A stretch of 64,000 nt of DNA from an uncultured Chloroflexia bacterium (lineage in GTDB: Bacteria; Chloroflexota; Anaerolineae; B4-G1; SLSP01). Below are positions 10,151 through 20,212 of this stretch, piece after piece. The notes under the pieces were generated by a model. The model had not been told where the DNA came from. It saw only the letters and a list, made by a program, of their open reading frames with translations, and made no database searches. The DNA lies in the NCBI GenBank assembly GCA_963751345.1, contig CAVVUS010000027.1, positions 1 to 64,000 on the forward strand, written 5' to 3'. Both the position numbers and the translations under genes were made by a program. How positions within the stretch are numbered: position 1 is the stretch's first letter; each line of letters starts with the position of its first letter.

Positions 10151-11307
10151 AAGTAAGACCCTCGCGGGGTAAGACCGGTATTGGGCAAGCACCCGATCGC
10201 AGACCAGAATACGCCCCAAAGGTCTCGACGTGGGTATTGTTCGCCCTGGCCGCGCTGCTGACGCTCGCGCTCGGCGCCAACCGGCTGGGCGCGGCGTGGT
10301 GGAACAACCTCGGGGCGCGCCGGCTCAACGAAGCGCAGATAGCGCCGGACTTGACGGAGGCCCAGCGGCGCACGGCGGCCACCGAGGCCGGGCAGGCACT
10401 GGCACAGTCGCTGCGCCTCGACCCCGGCTACGGCAAGGCCTACACCAACCTGGGGAACGTCTACACCTTCTTTGACGATCCACAGGCTGCGGCGCAGGCG
10501 CTACAGGCGGCCGCGCGCTCCACGCCCGACGATTGGCGCGCCCAGTTCTTCCTGGGCCAGGCGCTGGCCACGCTGGGCGAAGAGACTGAGGCCCGCGCCG
10601 CGTGGCACCGGTCAGCCGGCGCGTCGGCCTACTTCGTGAAGCAGGCCGACGACCTGCGGGCAACGGATCCGGAGGGGTCGCAGCTAAGCGCCGAGCGCGC
10701 CGTCGCCGCCGATCCCGCCTCGCCCGGCGGCTACCTGGCGTTGGGCAAGACGCTCAGCGCGCAGAAAGCCTACACCGACGCCCTCGAGATCTACCAAACC
10801 GCGGTAGCGCAGGTGACGGACACGTCCGACCCGGGCCTGGCCGCGTGCTACTACGAGATGGGCACGCTGCTCCACCGCCAATTCGGCGAAGCCGCGGAAG
10901 CCACGTCGGCGCTGGTGCGGGCTGCGGCGCTGCAGCCAAAGGACGAGGCGACGCTGCTGGAGCTGGCCACGATCTCGCAGGAGCGCGGCGCGTGCTACGA
11001 GGCCGAGACGTGGCTGGCGCCGCTGCTCGAGACGCCGTCGTCGCCCGCCAAGGGCGCGCAGGCAAGCGCGCTCGTCGGGCGCTGCTTCCTGGCCCAGGAG
11101 CGCCCCGAGACTGCCGTCCCCTACTTCGAGCGGGCCGTCCGCGACGATGCTACCTCGGTGAGCAACTGGCTCCTGCTGGGGCAAGCAAACCGGGCGGCGG
11201 GTCACGTCGACGCCGCCATCGACGCCTACGAGCAGGTGCTGGTCCTCAAGCCGGATAACGCCGCCGCCCAGAAGGCACTCGACGAGTTGCGAGGGGATAG
11301 CCCGTGA
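10147..11307 (+). CDS. Membrane-anchored TPR protein
   Basis: GTGA overlap with the preceding stop; N-terminal hydrophobic helix; TPR-like repeats (AYTNLGNVY, YYEMG, WLLLGQA, AIDAYEQVLVLKPDN). Confidence 0.82.
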   Translation: MKVRPSRGKTGIGQAPDRRPEYAPKVSTWVLFALAALLTLALGANRLGAAWWNNLGARRLNEAQIAPDLTEAQRRTAATEAGQALAQSLRLDPGYGKAYTNLGNVYTFFDDPQAAAQALQAAARSTPDDWRAQFFLGQALATLGEETEARAAWHRSAGASAYFVKQADDLRATDPEGSQLSAERAVAADPASPGGYLALGKTLSAQKAYTDALEIYQTAVAQVTDTSDPGLAACYYEMGTLLHRQFGEAAEATSALVRAAALQPKDEATLLELATISQERGACYEAETWLAPLLETPSSPAKGAQASALVGRCFLAQERPETAVPYFERAVRDDATSVSNWLLLGQANRAAGHVDAAIDAYEQVLVLKPDNAAAQKALDELRGDSP

Positions 11308-11318
11308 ACCGCAGGTTC

Positions 11319-11440
11319 GGTAGCATCCGATTCATCGGTCTCCGGGCCAGCTGAACTCAGAACGATTGAAACCGCTACGGCAGCAGAAGCCCACCGTTGG
11401 ACCCAAGACCGGGTTCGTAGTAACCGATTCATCGGTTCCG
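11319..11440. repeat. Pair of GTAG...CCGATTCATCGG REP-like palindromes
   Basis: CCGATTCATCGG occurs twice, each preceded by GTAG, in the intergenic space. Confidence 0.55.
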
Positions 11441-11472
11441 GCTCCGCTCGCTCAACCAGACGAGGGTCCGTA

Positions 11473-12780
11473 GTGATGTCCGCTGCACCCGCGCGCCGGC
11501 TCAAACTCGTCGCCATCGTCCAATTCGTGGGCGTCGCGCTCTGCATTCCCGCGCTGATCCTGCCGGACTTCCTCCCCTCCTGGTCGATCACCGCCTCGTT
11601 GATCGGGCTCGCCGTCGTGCCGGCCTTCGGCCTCATCGTCGCGCGGCGTCCGTTCGCGCGCACGCCGGTGGATCTCCCCCTCGGCCTGCTGCTCATCGCC
11701 ACGGGCGCTAACCTGCTGGCCACGGCCAACCGCGCCGTGACACTCCCGCACGTCCTTAAGACATTGGCCGGGATTGCGCTCTTCTACGCCATCGTGGGGC
11801 TGCTGCGGGAGACCGGCTGGACCCGCCTGGCAGGGTGGGCTGTGTGCTTGCTGGGGCTTGCGCTGGTCCCGCTCGTGCTCTTTGGCGTACAATGGAGCGG
11901 CACGAAGTTCTCGTGGCTACCGTGGGTGCCGGACGACGTCGTGCCGCGACTCTACCACCCCTTCTGGAAACCTGAGGACTACGGGGGCTTCAATCCCAAC
12001 ATGGCGGGCGGGGCGCTGGCGATGGTGCTGCCCGTGCCGTTGGCTTACGCCCTCCTCGGGCGAGGCAAAGGCTCGGTGTGGAGCCTTGGGCTGCGGTTGC
12101 TCGCCGGCCTCGTCACCGCGCTGATGGGCCTGACGCTGCTCCTGACCCAGTCACGCGGCGCCATGCTCGCCGTCCTCGTCGCCATCGCCGCGATGCTGGC
12201 GGCCCGCGATTGGCGCTGGTTCGTCATCGCGGGCGTGCTGCTGATAGCCGGCGCCGCGATCTTCCAGGCGGCGGGCTTTGAGGCCTCTCCGGCGTGGGAC
12301 CTGACATCGGATGCGGACAGCGCGATCAACAGCGCCGCGGGGAGGGTCGAGCTCTGGTCGCGTGCCTGGGCGATGGCACAGGACTTCCCCTTCACCGGCA
12401 TTGGGATGGGGATGACCAATGAGATTGCGCCGCTGCGGTACCCCACCTTCAGGATATCGGTCACCACCTCGACCGATCACGCCCACAGCCTGTTCTTCGC
12501 GACCGCCGCCGAGATGGGCTTCCCGGGCCTCATCGGTCTGCTGGCCTTCCTCATCGGGCTCCTGCCGTTCGCCTGGCGATCGTGCCGCCGCCTGATCCGC
12601 AGGCCCGGAGGGGTTGCATCGCTCCCGCTCGCGCTGGGCACGCTCGGTTCGGCCGTCGCCTTCTGCGTGCACGGGCTCACCGATGACGTGACCTTCTACG
12701 CCAAAGCCCACATTATCGCGTGGGGTCTGTTCGGGGTGGCGGTGGGCGTGGGCGTGCTCGCGGAGAGAAGGGAGAGGTGA
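11473..12780 (+). CDS. O-antigen ligase / Wzy_C family membrane protein
   Basis: Polytopic; FNPN, LTQSRGA, GRVELW, PFTGIGMG, HAHS...AEMGFPG. Confidence 0.85.
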   Translation: MMSAAPARRLKLVAIVQFVGVALCIPALILPDFLPSWSITASLIGLAVVPAFGLIVARRPFARTPVDLPLGLLLIATGANLLATANRAVTLPHVLKTLAGIALFYAIVGLLRETGWTRLAGWAVCLLGLALVPLVLFGVQWSGTKFSWLPWVPDDVVPRLYHPFWKPEDYGGFNPNMAGGALAMVLPVPLAYALLGRGKGSVWSLGLRLLAGLVTALMGLTLLLTQSRGAMLAVLVAIAAMLAARDWRWFVIAGVLLIAGAAIFQAAGFEASPAWDLTSDADSAINSAAGRVELWSRAWAMAQDFPFTGIGMGMTNEIAPLRYPTFRISVTTSTDHAHSLFFATAAEMGFPGLIGLLAFLIGLLPFAWRSCRRLIRRPGGVASLPLALGTLGSAVAFCVHGLTDDVTFYAKAHIIAWGLFGVAVGVGVLAERRER

Positions 12781-14449
12781 ACGGGGATACGCAAGTGGAC
12801 GCTTCTGCCGTCGCGCATCCCAGGAATTGGTCGCAGTGGGTGGTCGTAGGCGTCGTGCTCCTCACCTTCGCCCTGGTCGTGCCGGGTCTGGGCCATAAGG
12901 GCCTCTGGATCGATGAGGCGGACAGCGTCTATTTCGCACAGCATACGTGGCCCAGCCTGCTCTGGGGGCTCTGCGACCCCCACCCGCCCGGCTACTACGC
13001 GCTGCTAAAGATATTCGTCACGCTGGGTGGGGCCAGTGAGTTCGTCGTTCGGTTCCCCTCTGCACTGGCGGCCACGTTGGCCGTTGCCGCGCTGGCGCGG
13101 CTCGTGCGTGAGCTCACTCATGGAACCGGTGAGCCGGCTACTACGGCCCTATATCGCCGGGGCGCGCGGGGTCGCCGGTCGGCGACTGCGGACCTGTGGC
13201 TCCCTGCGGCGCTGCTGGCCACGGCACCCCTTCACGTCTGGTATGCGCAGGAGGCGCGGATGTATGCACTGGTGGCCCTGCTGGGGCTGGGGGCCGCGAT
13301 CCTCGCCGTGCGATTGGCCCGCCGGTGGCGTTGGGGTGATGCCCTCGGCTACGCGGCCGTGGCAGCCCTGGCCCTGCTCACGGATCAGTCGGCGCTTCCC
13401 ATCCTGCTGGGCGTGAATGTCCTATGGATCCTCTACACCATAGGTACTGGCTCGAGATTCCTGCGGGCTTCAAAGACGTTTCAAGCGAACCGGCTTGTTC
13501 CAAGGAATCGCACGAGCGCCTTGGCGCTCTGGCTACTGCTCCAGGTCGCCGCGGGCGCCGCCTTCTGGCTTTGGTCGCGCCGCGCCGACACCTTCGCGCA
13601 GGTGAGCGCAGGCACCCTCTACCCCCTCACCATGGCGCGATTGTCGCTGGAGCAGGTGCTCGCGGCGGCCCGCGACCATCTGCCGCTGGTCATTGCAGCC
13701 CTTGGCATCGCGGCTCTCGTGCTGGTGGCTGCCATCATCGTCGCGCTGCGGCAGATGCGGCACGCAGGCCCGGGCGCAGTGCCGGGCAGGAATCCGTCAC
13801 TGGTACGTCACAGCATTGTCGTCTGGGGCATCCTGATCCTCTTCACCCTGGGCACGGTAGCCTCCGTTCGTGCCCAGACTCTACACAGTGAAACGGCTCG
13901 CAGTGGGATTGTTGCCCTACGGGCTGCTGGCTGCGGCGTGGGCAATAGGGCGTCTACGCCGCAAGCGCCTGGTGTGGGGACTCGCCCTCGGCCTGTCGCT
14001 CGGCGGCAAGCCTCTTCAACGCGTGGGGGGTGCCGAAGACGCCGTGGCGCGAGGTCGTGGCGACTATCGACGCGCGCCTCCGGCCCGGTGACGTCGTGTG
14101 GGTCGACGGCCTGGCAATGCCGGTCTTCGACTACTACCATCATAGCGCCGGCACCCTCCATCCCTGGCAGGTCGGCGACCTGGACGCCATCGGCGCCTCG
14201 CTGCCGGGCGCGGGCCGGCTGTGGCTGATCGCCGAGGCGAACCGCTATCGCGACCTCTTCGACTTCTACCCCGCGCTCAGCGATGAAGCGCCGGCCTGGT
14301 CGGGCAGCTGGCCCGGCATTGAGGTCAGGGCCTACGACGCTGCGCGGGTGCCCGAAGGCGCGCTGGCCCCACAATCGGCCGTCCCCGAGTGGGCGCTCAA
14401 CTGGCCCTCCCCTCTCGACGAAGCCTGCCGCGCACCCCTGGGAAACTAG
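12777..14449 (+). CDS. GT-C (PMT/GT39-like) membrane glycosyltransferase (indels near 13870 and 14005)
   Basis: LWIDEADS, DPHPPGYY, EFVVRFPSA, YAQEARMYAL. Confidence 0.8.
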
Positions 14450-14524
14450 CCGCTTGCGCCGTACGCTACCCCCGCTATACTCCCCTTGATTCCAGAAGTG
14501 AGCTTGGCGGCAAGAAAGCGTCGT

Positions 14525-15713
14525 ATGCAAACAGATCCCGATACAGCACCATCTGCTCCTCACCCACGCCGGATGACTATCTGGCGCTCTGGTGGCACGG
14601 CGAGGTGCGGCTGCCCGAGGAGGCGCTGATCGCGTGGGCGCGTAGCCAGCGCCTGCTGCCGCTGCTGGGGTGGCGCGCCCAACAGGAAGGATGGGAGCTG
14701 CCGCAGTCGCTCACCGAGGCCATCCGGCGCACGCGGATGACCGTCGCCATCGGCCAGGTGCTGGCCGACCGCCAGCTCAAGGCCCTGGGCGAGATCGCGC
14801 AGGAGCTCGATATCCCCATCGTGCTCGTCAAAGGCGCGGCAGCCGCCGAAGCCTACCCCGAGCCGTGGATGCGCCCCTACGGCGACATCGATCTGCTGAT
14901 CGCCGAGGCCGATGGTGGTCGCCTGTTGGACAGCGCTCAAGCGCCGGGGCTACACCTATGCCGAATCGGCCGAAGGCCATCGCGCCTGGCATTTCATGCC
15001 GCTCGTCTCGCAGGAACCGGGCGTCAGGCTCGAAATCCATACGGCTATGGCTCGCGAACGAGGCCGCGAGCTGTTCACGGTCGACCAGTGGCGCGACGAT
15101 CTCAGACCGAGCCGGACCTACGCAGGGCTGCTCTGCCCGGGTTCCGTCGATCACGTCCTCTACCTGATCCATCACGCCCTGATCCATCATGCGTCTGATG
15201 ATGGGCGTGCAGCCCTTTGTCGATGTGGGACTCTGGACGCAATCCTGGGCCTCGGGCGATTGGGATGCGCTCCAGAGCGCGACTGCCTATGCGGAGATGG
15301 ACAACGCCGTGGGCCTGGCGCTGGCCCTGACCGCGGTGGCTGTGGGACCGCCCACAGCCGGGAGGCGATCGGTTCCCCCAACCGCCGGATGCGCTGCTCA
15401 GCCGGGCCAAGGCGACCGTAGCAGGAACTGCAAGCGCCGGGCAGCCTCCCCCACGTCTGGCGGGATATGCCGAGCTCGGAGCAGGGCGGCATCTTCAGCT
15501 ACATCAGGACGATCCTGCTGGGCGACCCGGCGCAACTTCGGGAATTGTCGTTCAAAGAACGGCTCAGATACCATATCCAGCGCCCAGGACAGCTCTTCCA
15601 CAACCACGGCACCTCGCTTTGGCAACTGGTCAAAGGGCGACCCGGCATCCAGGGCCGCTTGGCGAGCCCAGCGCGACCTGCAGACGTGGCTGCGAGGGAA
15701 GAAGAACGTTTGA
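14525..15713 (+). CDS. Uncharacterised nucleotidyltransferase family protein (NTP_transf_5-like; indels; start uncertain)
   Basis: IPIVLVKGAA...YPEPWMRPYGDIDLLI; LEIH; LYLIHHALIH. Confidence 0.8.
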
Positions 15714-15765
15714 ACGTTTGCACGTTCAAACTGCTTGCCCTGAGCGCAGCCCAGGGTTCAAACGC
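15705..15765 (+). repeat. Composite of octamer array and repeat family A
   Basis: aacgtttg aacgtttg cacgttca aac followed by GCCCTGAGCGCAGCCCAGGGTTC. Confidence 0.75.
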
Positions 15766-15779
15766 TTAGGAGGCACCCA

Positions 15780-16723
15780 ATGCGTATTCTCGTCACCGGC
15801 GGCGCAGGCTTTATCGGATCCCACGTCGTCGACGCCTACGTGGCGGCGGGCCACCAAGTAGCCATCGTCGATAACCTCGTCAGCGGTCGCCGCGAGAACC
15901 TCAACCCAAACGCCACCTTCTATGAGGTCGACATCCGCGACGCGGAGCCGTTGGCCGAGGTCTTCGAGGCTGGAGCAACCCGACGTCGTCAACCACCACG
16001 CGGCGCAGATCGACGTGGGCCGCTCCGTGGCCGATCCGCTCTACGACGCCGACGTCAACATCCTGGGAACGCTCAATCTGCTGGAGTGTGCCCGCGCCCA
16101 GCAGGTACGCACCGGCAAGCAGGTCCACGTCATCAGCATCTCCAGCGCCGCGGTCTACGGCACGCCCGACTATCTCCCCGTCGACGAGGCCCACCCCGTC
16201 CGGCCGCTCAGCCCCTACGGCGCGAGCAAGGCCGCCGTCGAGATCTATCTCAACGTCTATCGCGAGACGCACGGACTCAAGACCACCATCCTGCGCTATG
16301 CCAACGTCTATGGCCCGCGCCAGGACCCCCACGGGGAGGCCGGGGTCGTCTCGATCTTCGTGGGGAAGATGCTCGAAGGCGCGGCGCCCGTGATCAACGG
16401 GACCGGCGAGCAGACGCGCGACTTCGTCTACGTGGGCGACTGCGCCCGGGCGAACGTCTTGGCTGCCGAGACGGCGAGACGCGGGTCCCGGACCCTACAA
16501 CATCGGCACCGGGGAGGAGACCACAATCAATCAGCTTGCCGCGCTGATCCAGGCGGTGTCGGGCTACGCCGGTGAGATCCGCCACGGCCCCGAGCGGCTG
16601 GGCGACATCCTCCGCAACGTCTCGGACAGCTCCAAAGCGCGCGAGGCGCTGGGTTGGGCGCCGGAAGTTGGTCTTCGTGAGGGTCTGGCGCGGACGGTCG
16701 CCTATTTCCGAGATCAGGGATAG
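15780..16723 (+). CDS. NAD-dependent epimerase/dehydratase (GalE-like; indels)
   Basis: AGGAGG RBS; MRILVTGGAGFIGSH, SSAAVYG, YGASK, RYANVYGPRQDP, TRDFVYVGD, YNIGTG. Confidence 0.9.
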
Positions 16724-16764
16724 CGAAATAGTACCAAAGTACCCCAAAATGGTCCGGGTGGCGC

Positions 16765-16794
16765 TTGCGCATTACGCACAGATCATGCTATAAT
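16765..16794 (+). promoter_or_regulatory. Promoter of the RiPP-like operon
   Basis: TTGCGC-18 nt-TATAAT with extended -10 TG; GGAGG RBS downstream. Confidence 0.6.
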
Positions 16795-16824
16795 GGTTAA
16801 AATCGCCCAGGGAGGGGACGACCA

Positions 16825-17119
16825 TTGCCGAATCTCACTGACACCTATCAACAAGACCCATCGATTGTCTCCCGTGAAATCGCCGGCGAGGTGATTCTCG
16901 TCCCCATCCGCAACAACGTGGGCGACCTCGAGAGCATCTACACCCTGAACGAGACCGCGGCGCGCATCTGGGCGTTGCTGGACGGCGAGCATACGCTTGC
17001 GGATGTGCGGGATGCGATCGTCGCCGAGTTCGAGGTCGAGGCGGACGAGGCAGAGGCGGATCTGATGGAGCTTGGTTGAGCGGCTAGAGGACGTCGGGGC
17101 CATCCGGCCTGCGTCCTGA
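16825..17119 (+). CDS. PqqD-family RiPP recognition element (RRE) protein (1-bp indel near 17075)
   Basis: IVSREIAGEVILVP...IYTLNETAARIWALLDG...AEFEV...AEADL; corrected C-terminus ELVERLEDVGAIRPAS. Confidence 0.92.
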
Positions 17120-17203
17120 CGAAATCGCCGTGTTGTCGGTGGGACACCGATGTTGTTCATTATACGTACTAACGGCAGGCACGCTGATAGTGTTTGGAGC
17201 CAT

Positions 17204-18352
17204 ATGGACTGTGACGGCGGGACCGAACTAGCATACAGGGAGTTCAGCAAGCACCTCCGCGAAAGGGTTGCGGGGAAGCGTATTCCCCTGTCTGGTTCAC
17301 TCGAACTCACGTTCCGGTGCAATCTGCAGATGCGTGCACTGCTATCTCGATGGACAACACACACCCTCACCCGACCAGCACGAACTTACCACGTCTGAGA
17401 TCACCGACATCATCGACCAGATTGTGGCCGAAGGGTGTCTGTGGTTGCTCCTGACCGGCGGTGAGCCACTGGTCCGCCCGGACTGGAAGGAAATCTATCT
17501 CTACGCCAAGCGCAAGGGCCTGATCGTCACGCTGTTCACCAACGGCACACTGTTGACGCCGGAGGATGCGGATTTTCTCGCTGAGTGGCGACCGTTTGTG
17601 GTAGAGATCTCGCTCTATGGAGCGACGCAGGAGACGTACGAGCGGATCACGGGCGTACCGGGTCGTACGAGAAGTGCATGCGGGGTATCCAGTTGCTGGT
17701 CGATCGCGGCGTGCCACTGAAACTCAAGACGCCGTTGATGACGCTCAACAAGCACGAGTTGGCGGCCTTACAGCAGTTTGCAGAAGGACAGGGTGCCGAA
17801 TTCAGGTATGATCCTATTCTTAAGCCAGAACTAGATGGAGCTCAAGGACCGCTGAAATACAGGCTCTCTCCAGCGGAAGTCGTTGATGTTGAGGTCGAGG
17901 ACCCCGTTCGGTCTTCGCGATGGCCCGAGAGATTTGAACTATTGCACGGTCGACGCGACATCGGCCCTGAGCTTTTTGTGTGCGGAGCTGGTAAGCAGTC
18001 TTTTCACATCGATGCATACGGTATGTTGAGCCTGTGCATTGTTGCTCGAACACCTTCATATAGCTTGCGACTAGGTCGATTCCACGAAGCGTGGTCGGGG
18101 TTTCTTGCAGATGTTCGGCGCGCCCAGCACAGCCGGGAACACCAATGCGCACAGTGTGATCTACGATCATTGTGTGCACAGTGTCCTGCTGTCGCCGTGC
18201 TCGAGACCGGTGATCCCGAACAGCCGGTGAGCTATCTATGCGAAGTGACTCACTTGCGCGCAGAAGCGTTTATGACAAAGAGCCATGACGCTCAGGGGCA
18301 AGCCCTATCTTACGGAAGTCCACACAGGCCTCTAAGTTACCTAAGGAGATGA
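17204..18352 (+). CDS. Radical SAM / SPASM-domain peptide maturase (indels near 17328 and 17660)
   Basis: LELTFRCNLxCVHCY (CxxxCxxC across the indel), LTGGEP, FTNG, ISLYG; C-terminal CGAG...C...CAQCDLRSLCAQCP...C. Confidence 0.92.
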
Positions 18353-18357
18353 AAGCC

Positions 18358-18519
18358 ATGTCCGACACCCAAACCAGCATCGTTCGGAATCCATATGTCA
18401 AGCCTATCGTGAGCGAAGTGAAGCTCGTCGCCGAGGAAGCTGTGTTCGTAAACTGCCAGGAAAGCGGCGGCCTTAGCACATGTGGCTCAAGCATTGACCT
18501 CTGTGGTGAGCATGTATAA
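18358..18519 (+). CDS. Putative RiPP precursor, 53 aa: MSDTQTSIVRNPYVKPIVSEVKLVAEEAVFVNCQESGGLSTCGSSIDLCGEHV
   Basis: AAGGAG RBS 9 nt upstream; directly follows the rSAM stop; YxxP leader motif; Cys33, Cys42 and Cys49 in a Gly/Ser-rich tail; too short for the ORF track. Confidence 0.85.
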   Translation: MSDTQTSIVRNPYVKPIVSEVKLVAEEAVFVNCQESGGLSTCGSSIDLCGEHV

Positions 18520-18752
18520 GGTATGTAGTTGAGCCAGCCCGAGCCGATGGAGCAGTGATTTACCTCACCCATGTCTGCTGCCGTGATGCGACAGTCGTAT
18601 TTCAGCCAGAGATGAGTCTACTCTTCTCCTGAGATCGACGCCGTTTCACTCAGGCGGCCTATAGTGATGTCGGTGGGGTCTAGCTTCAGCGAATATCCGG
18701 CTGTTCGGAGCATTCACGACTGCGTAGCAGATTCCCTGGGGGATTCGTCGTC

Positions 18753-19631
18753 ATGGCTCAACAGCCGGATATGGTAACTACTCTTCGATATGACATAGCG
18801 GGCATCGTGATTGGGTTGGACGCCTCAAGTCCAATACCTCAATCACCCATTGCTCGTATATATGCCCCCTTTACCACCGACCGGGTGCCTAACCTGGCTC
18901 TTAAGGTTCACTATGATGTGCACCCGACGCTCAACATTTGTAATCAGGTGTTTGAGACTGGGAAAGTATGGAGAATATACCGTGTGGGTAGTCACCTGGT
19001 ATTTTCCGTCGGTCCCCCCAAAGAAGCCCCCTACCAGATTAGCATTTTCCAGAAAGACTTCCGCGAGGGAGAAATATACTATCCTGACCCGACCATACAA
19101 CCAATGAAGTCGCGGTTCCCATTGGCACCGCCGCTGGGGCAGTTGATTGTGATCGGGCGCCTTAGCCAAGGATACGGTACGCTACTGCACGCTTGCGGTG
19201 TCAAAGTTGATGGTAGAGGACTCCTGTTTGTGGGAACGGACAACGCTGGCAAGACATCCATAGGACGTCTTTGGGAACAGCACGCAGGTGCGACCACTCT
19301 AGGTGATGACCAGATCATTGTTCGCAAGCAAGGGCAAGAGTATTGGATGTATAGCACACCCTGGCGAGCTAATGGTTCCTTTGTGGGCTCGGCCCCAGTC
19401 GAAGCAGTCTACGTTATCCACCATGGCATTGCTAACAAGATCACTCCGCTCTCGCCCGTGCAAGCTACTGCACAACTGGTGAAACGTTCCTTCTCAGCCA
19501 TGTGGTCTCCTGAAGGGATGAGCTTTACAGTGGAGATGTTGAGCGAAATTGGGATAGAAATGCCCGTCTACGACTATGCTTTTGTGCCTGATAGGAGTGC
19601 GGTCGACTTCGTCCAATGTCTGAGCGCCTGA
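18753..19631 (+). CDS. HPr-kinase-related P-loop protein (ScmC/HprK-related-like)
   Basis: LLHACGV...LLFVGTDNAGKTS...LGDDQIIVR...YSTPW. Confidence 0.85.
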   Translation: MAQQPDMVTTLRYDIAGIVIGLDASSPIPQSPIARIYAPFTTDRVPNLALKVHYDVHPTLNICNQVFETGKVWRIYRVGSHLVFSVGPPKEAPYQISIFQKDFREGEIYYPDPTIQPMKSRFPLAPPLGQLIVIGRLSQGYGTLLHACGVKVDGRGLLFVGTDNAGKTSIGRLWEQHAGATTLGDDQIIVRKQGQEYWMYSTPWRANGSFVGSAPVEAVYVIHHGIANKITPLSPVQATAQLVKRSFSAMWSPEGMSFTVEMLSEIGIEMPVYDYAFVPDRSAVDFVQCLSA

Positions 19632-20106
19632 TCGACCACAGTTACCTTCGCGCAATAGCAGGCGCAGTCCTGGAGCAGCGCACAGCCTTTCGCTTTGAGG
19701 CTCACGGCAACAGCATGTCACCTTTCCTCTGGGATGGCGACGTCATCACTGTGCAACCACTAGACGCTGTCAGCGGGCAAGTCAGAGCAGGTGATATCGT
19801 CTTCTGCGACCTGGGAAATGATAGGCTGGTCGTACACCGAGTCAAGCAAGTCATACGGAGCCAGCAGGACATTGCTTCGTGATCCAAGGCGATGCTGTTC
19901 GCCACCCAGATGGAAAAGTCACTGACGCACCAATACTCGGCAAAGTAGTTCGGATACAGCGAAATGGCAAGGAAATCGAGACGGCATCTCGATTACAACG
20001 CCTTGGCGGCTTGCTGTGGCTGTGGACTTCTCCCCTCAGTCAACGCCTATATCGACTTGCCCAGCGGGCTATGCGCGTAATGCAGCGCGATTCAAAGCTG
20101 GCATAG
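19616..20106 (+). CDS. S24/S26 signal-peptidase-like serine peptidase without an N-terminal TM segment (indel near 19875)
   Basis: GNSMSPFLWDGD, GDIV, VVHRV, IQGDA..PDG, ILGKV. Confidence 0.85.
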
Positions 20107-20212
20107 CAGAGAACAGCTGTCCGGATTACCCATAGATCCCACAGCAGATAGCTGGCAACCACAGTTCCCATGATACTATAGTATAGGAAACGCTGAGCGG
20201 TCAGGTGAGAAG

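Noticed and set aside
7537-11307. 1256-aa Wzc-adaptor-TPR giant protein in the ORF track
   Set aside because: The segment from about 9540 to 10146 is out-of-frame nonsense. The adaptor domain ends IVFP-TGA at 10150 and the TPR gene starts at the overlapping GTG at 10147.
11306-11318. LexA box at the end of the TPR gene
   Set aside because: The spacer is 5 nt (GAAC-CGCAG-GTTC) and no promoter is adjacent.
16825-18352. PQQ biosynthesis or lasso peptide cluster
   Set aside because: No pqqB/pqqC and no ExxxY PqqA core; no asparagine-synthetase-like cyclase or transglutaminase-like peptidase.
18520-18752. Second precursor peptide between the precursor and the kinase-like gene
   Set aside because: The short ORFs there lack a clear RBS, the YxxP motif and the Cys pattern.
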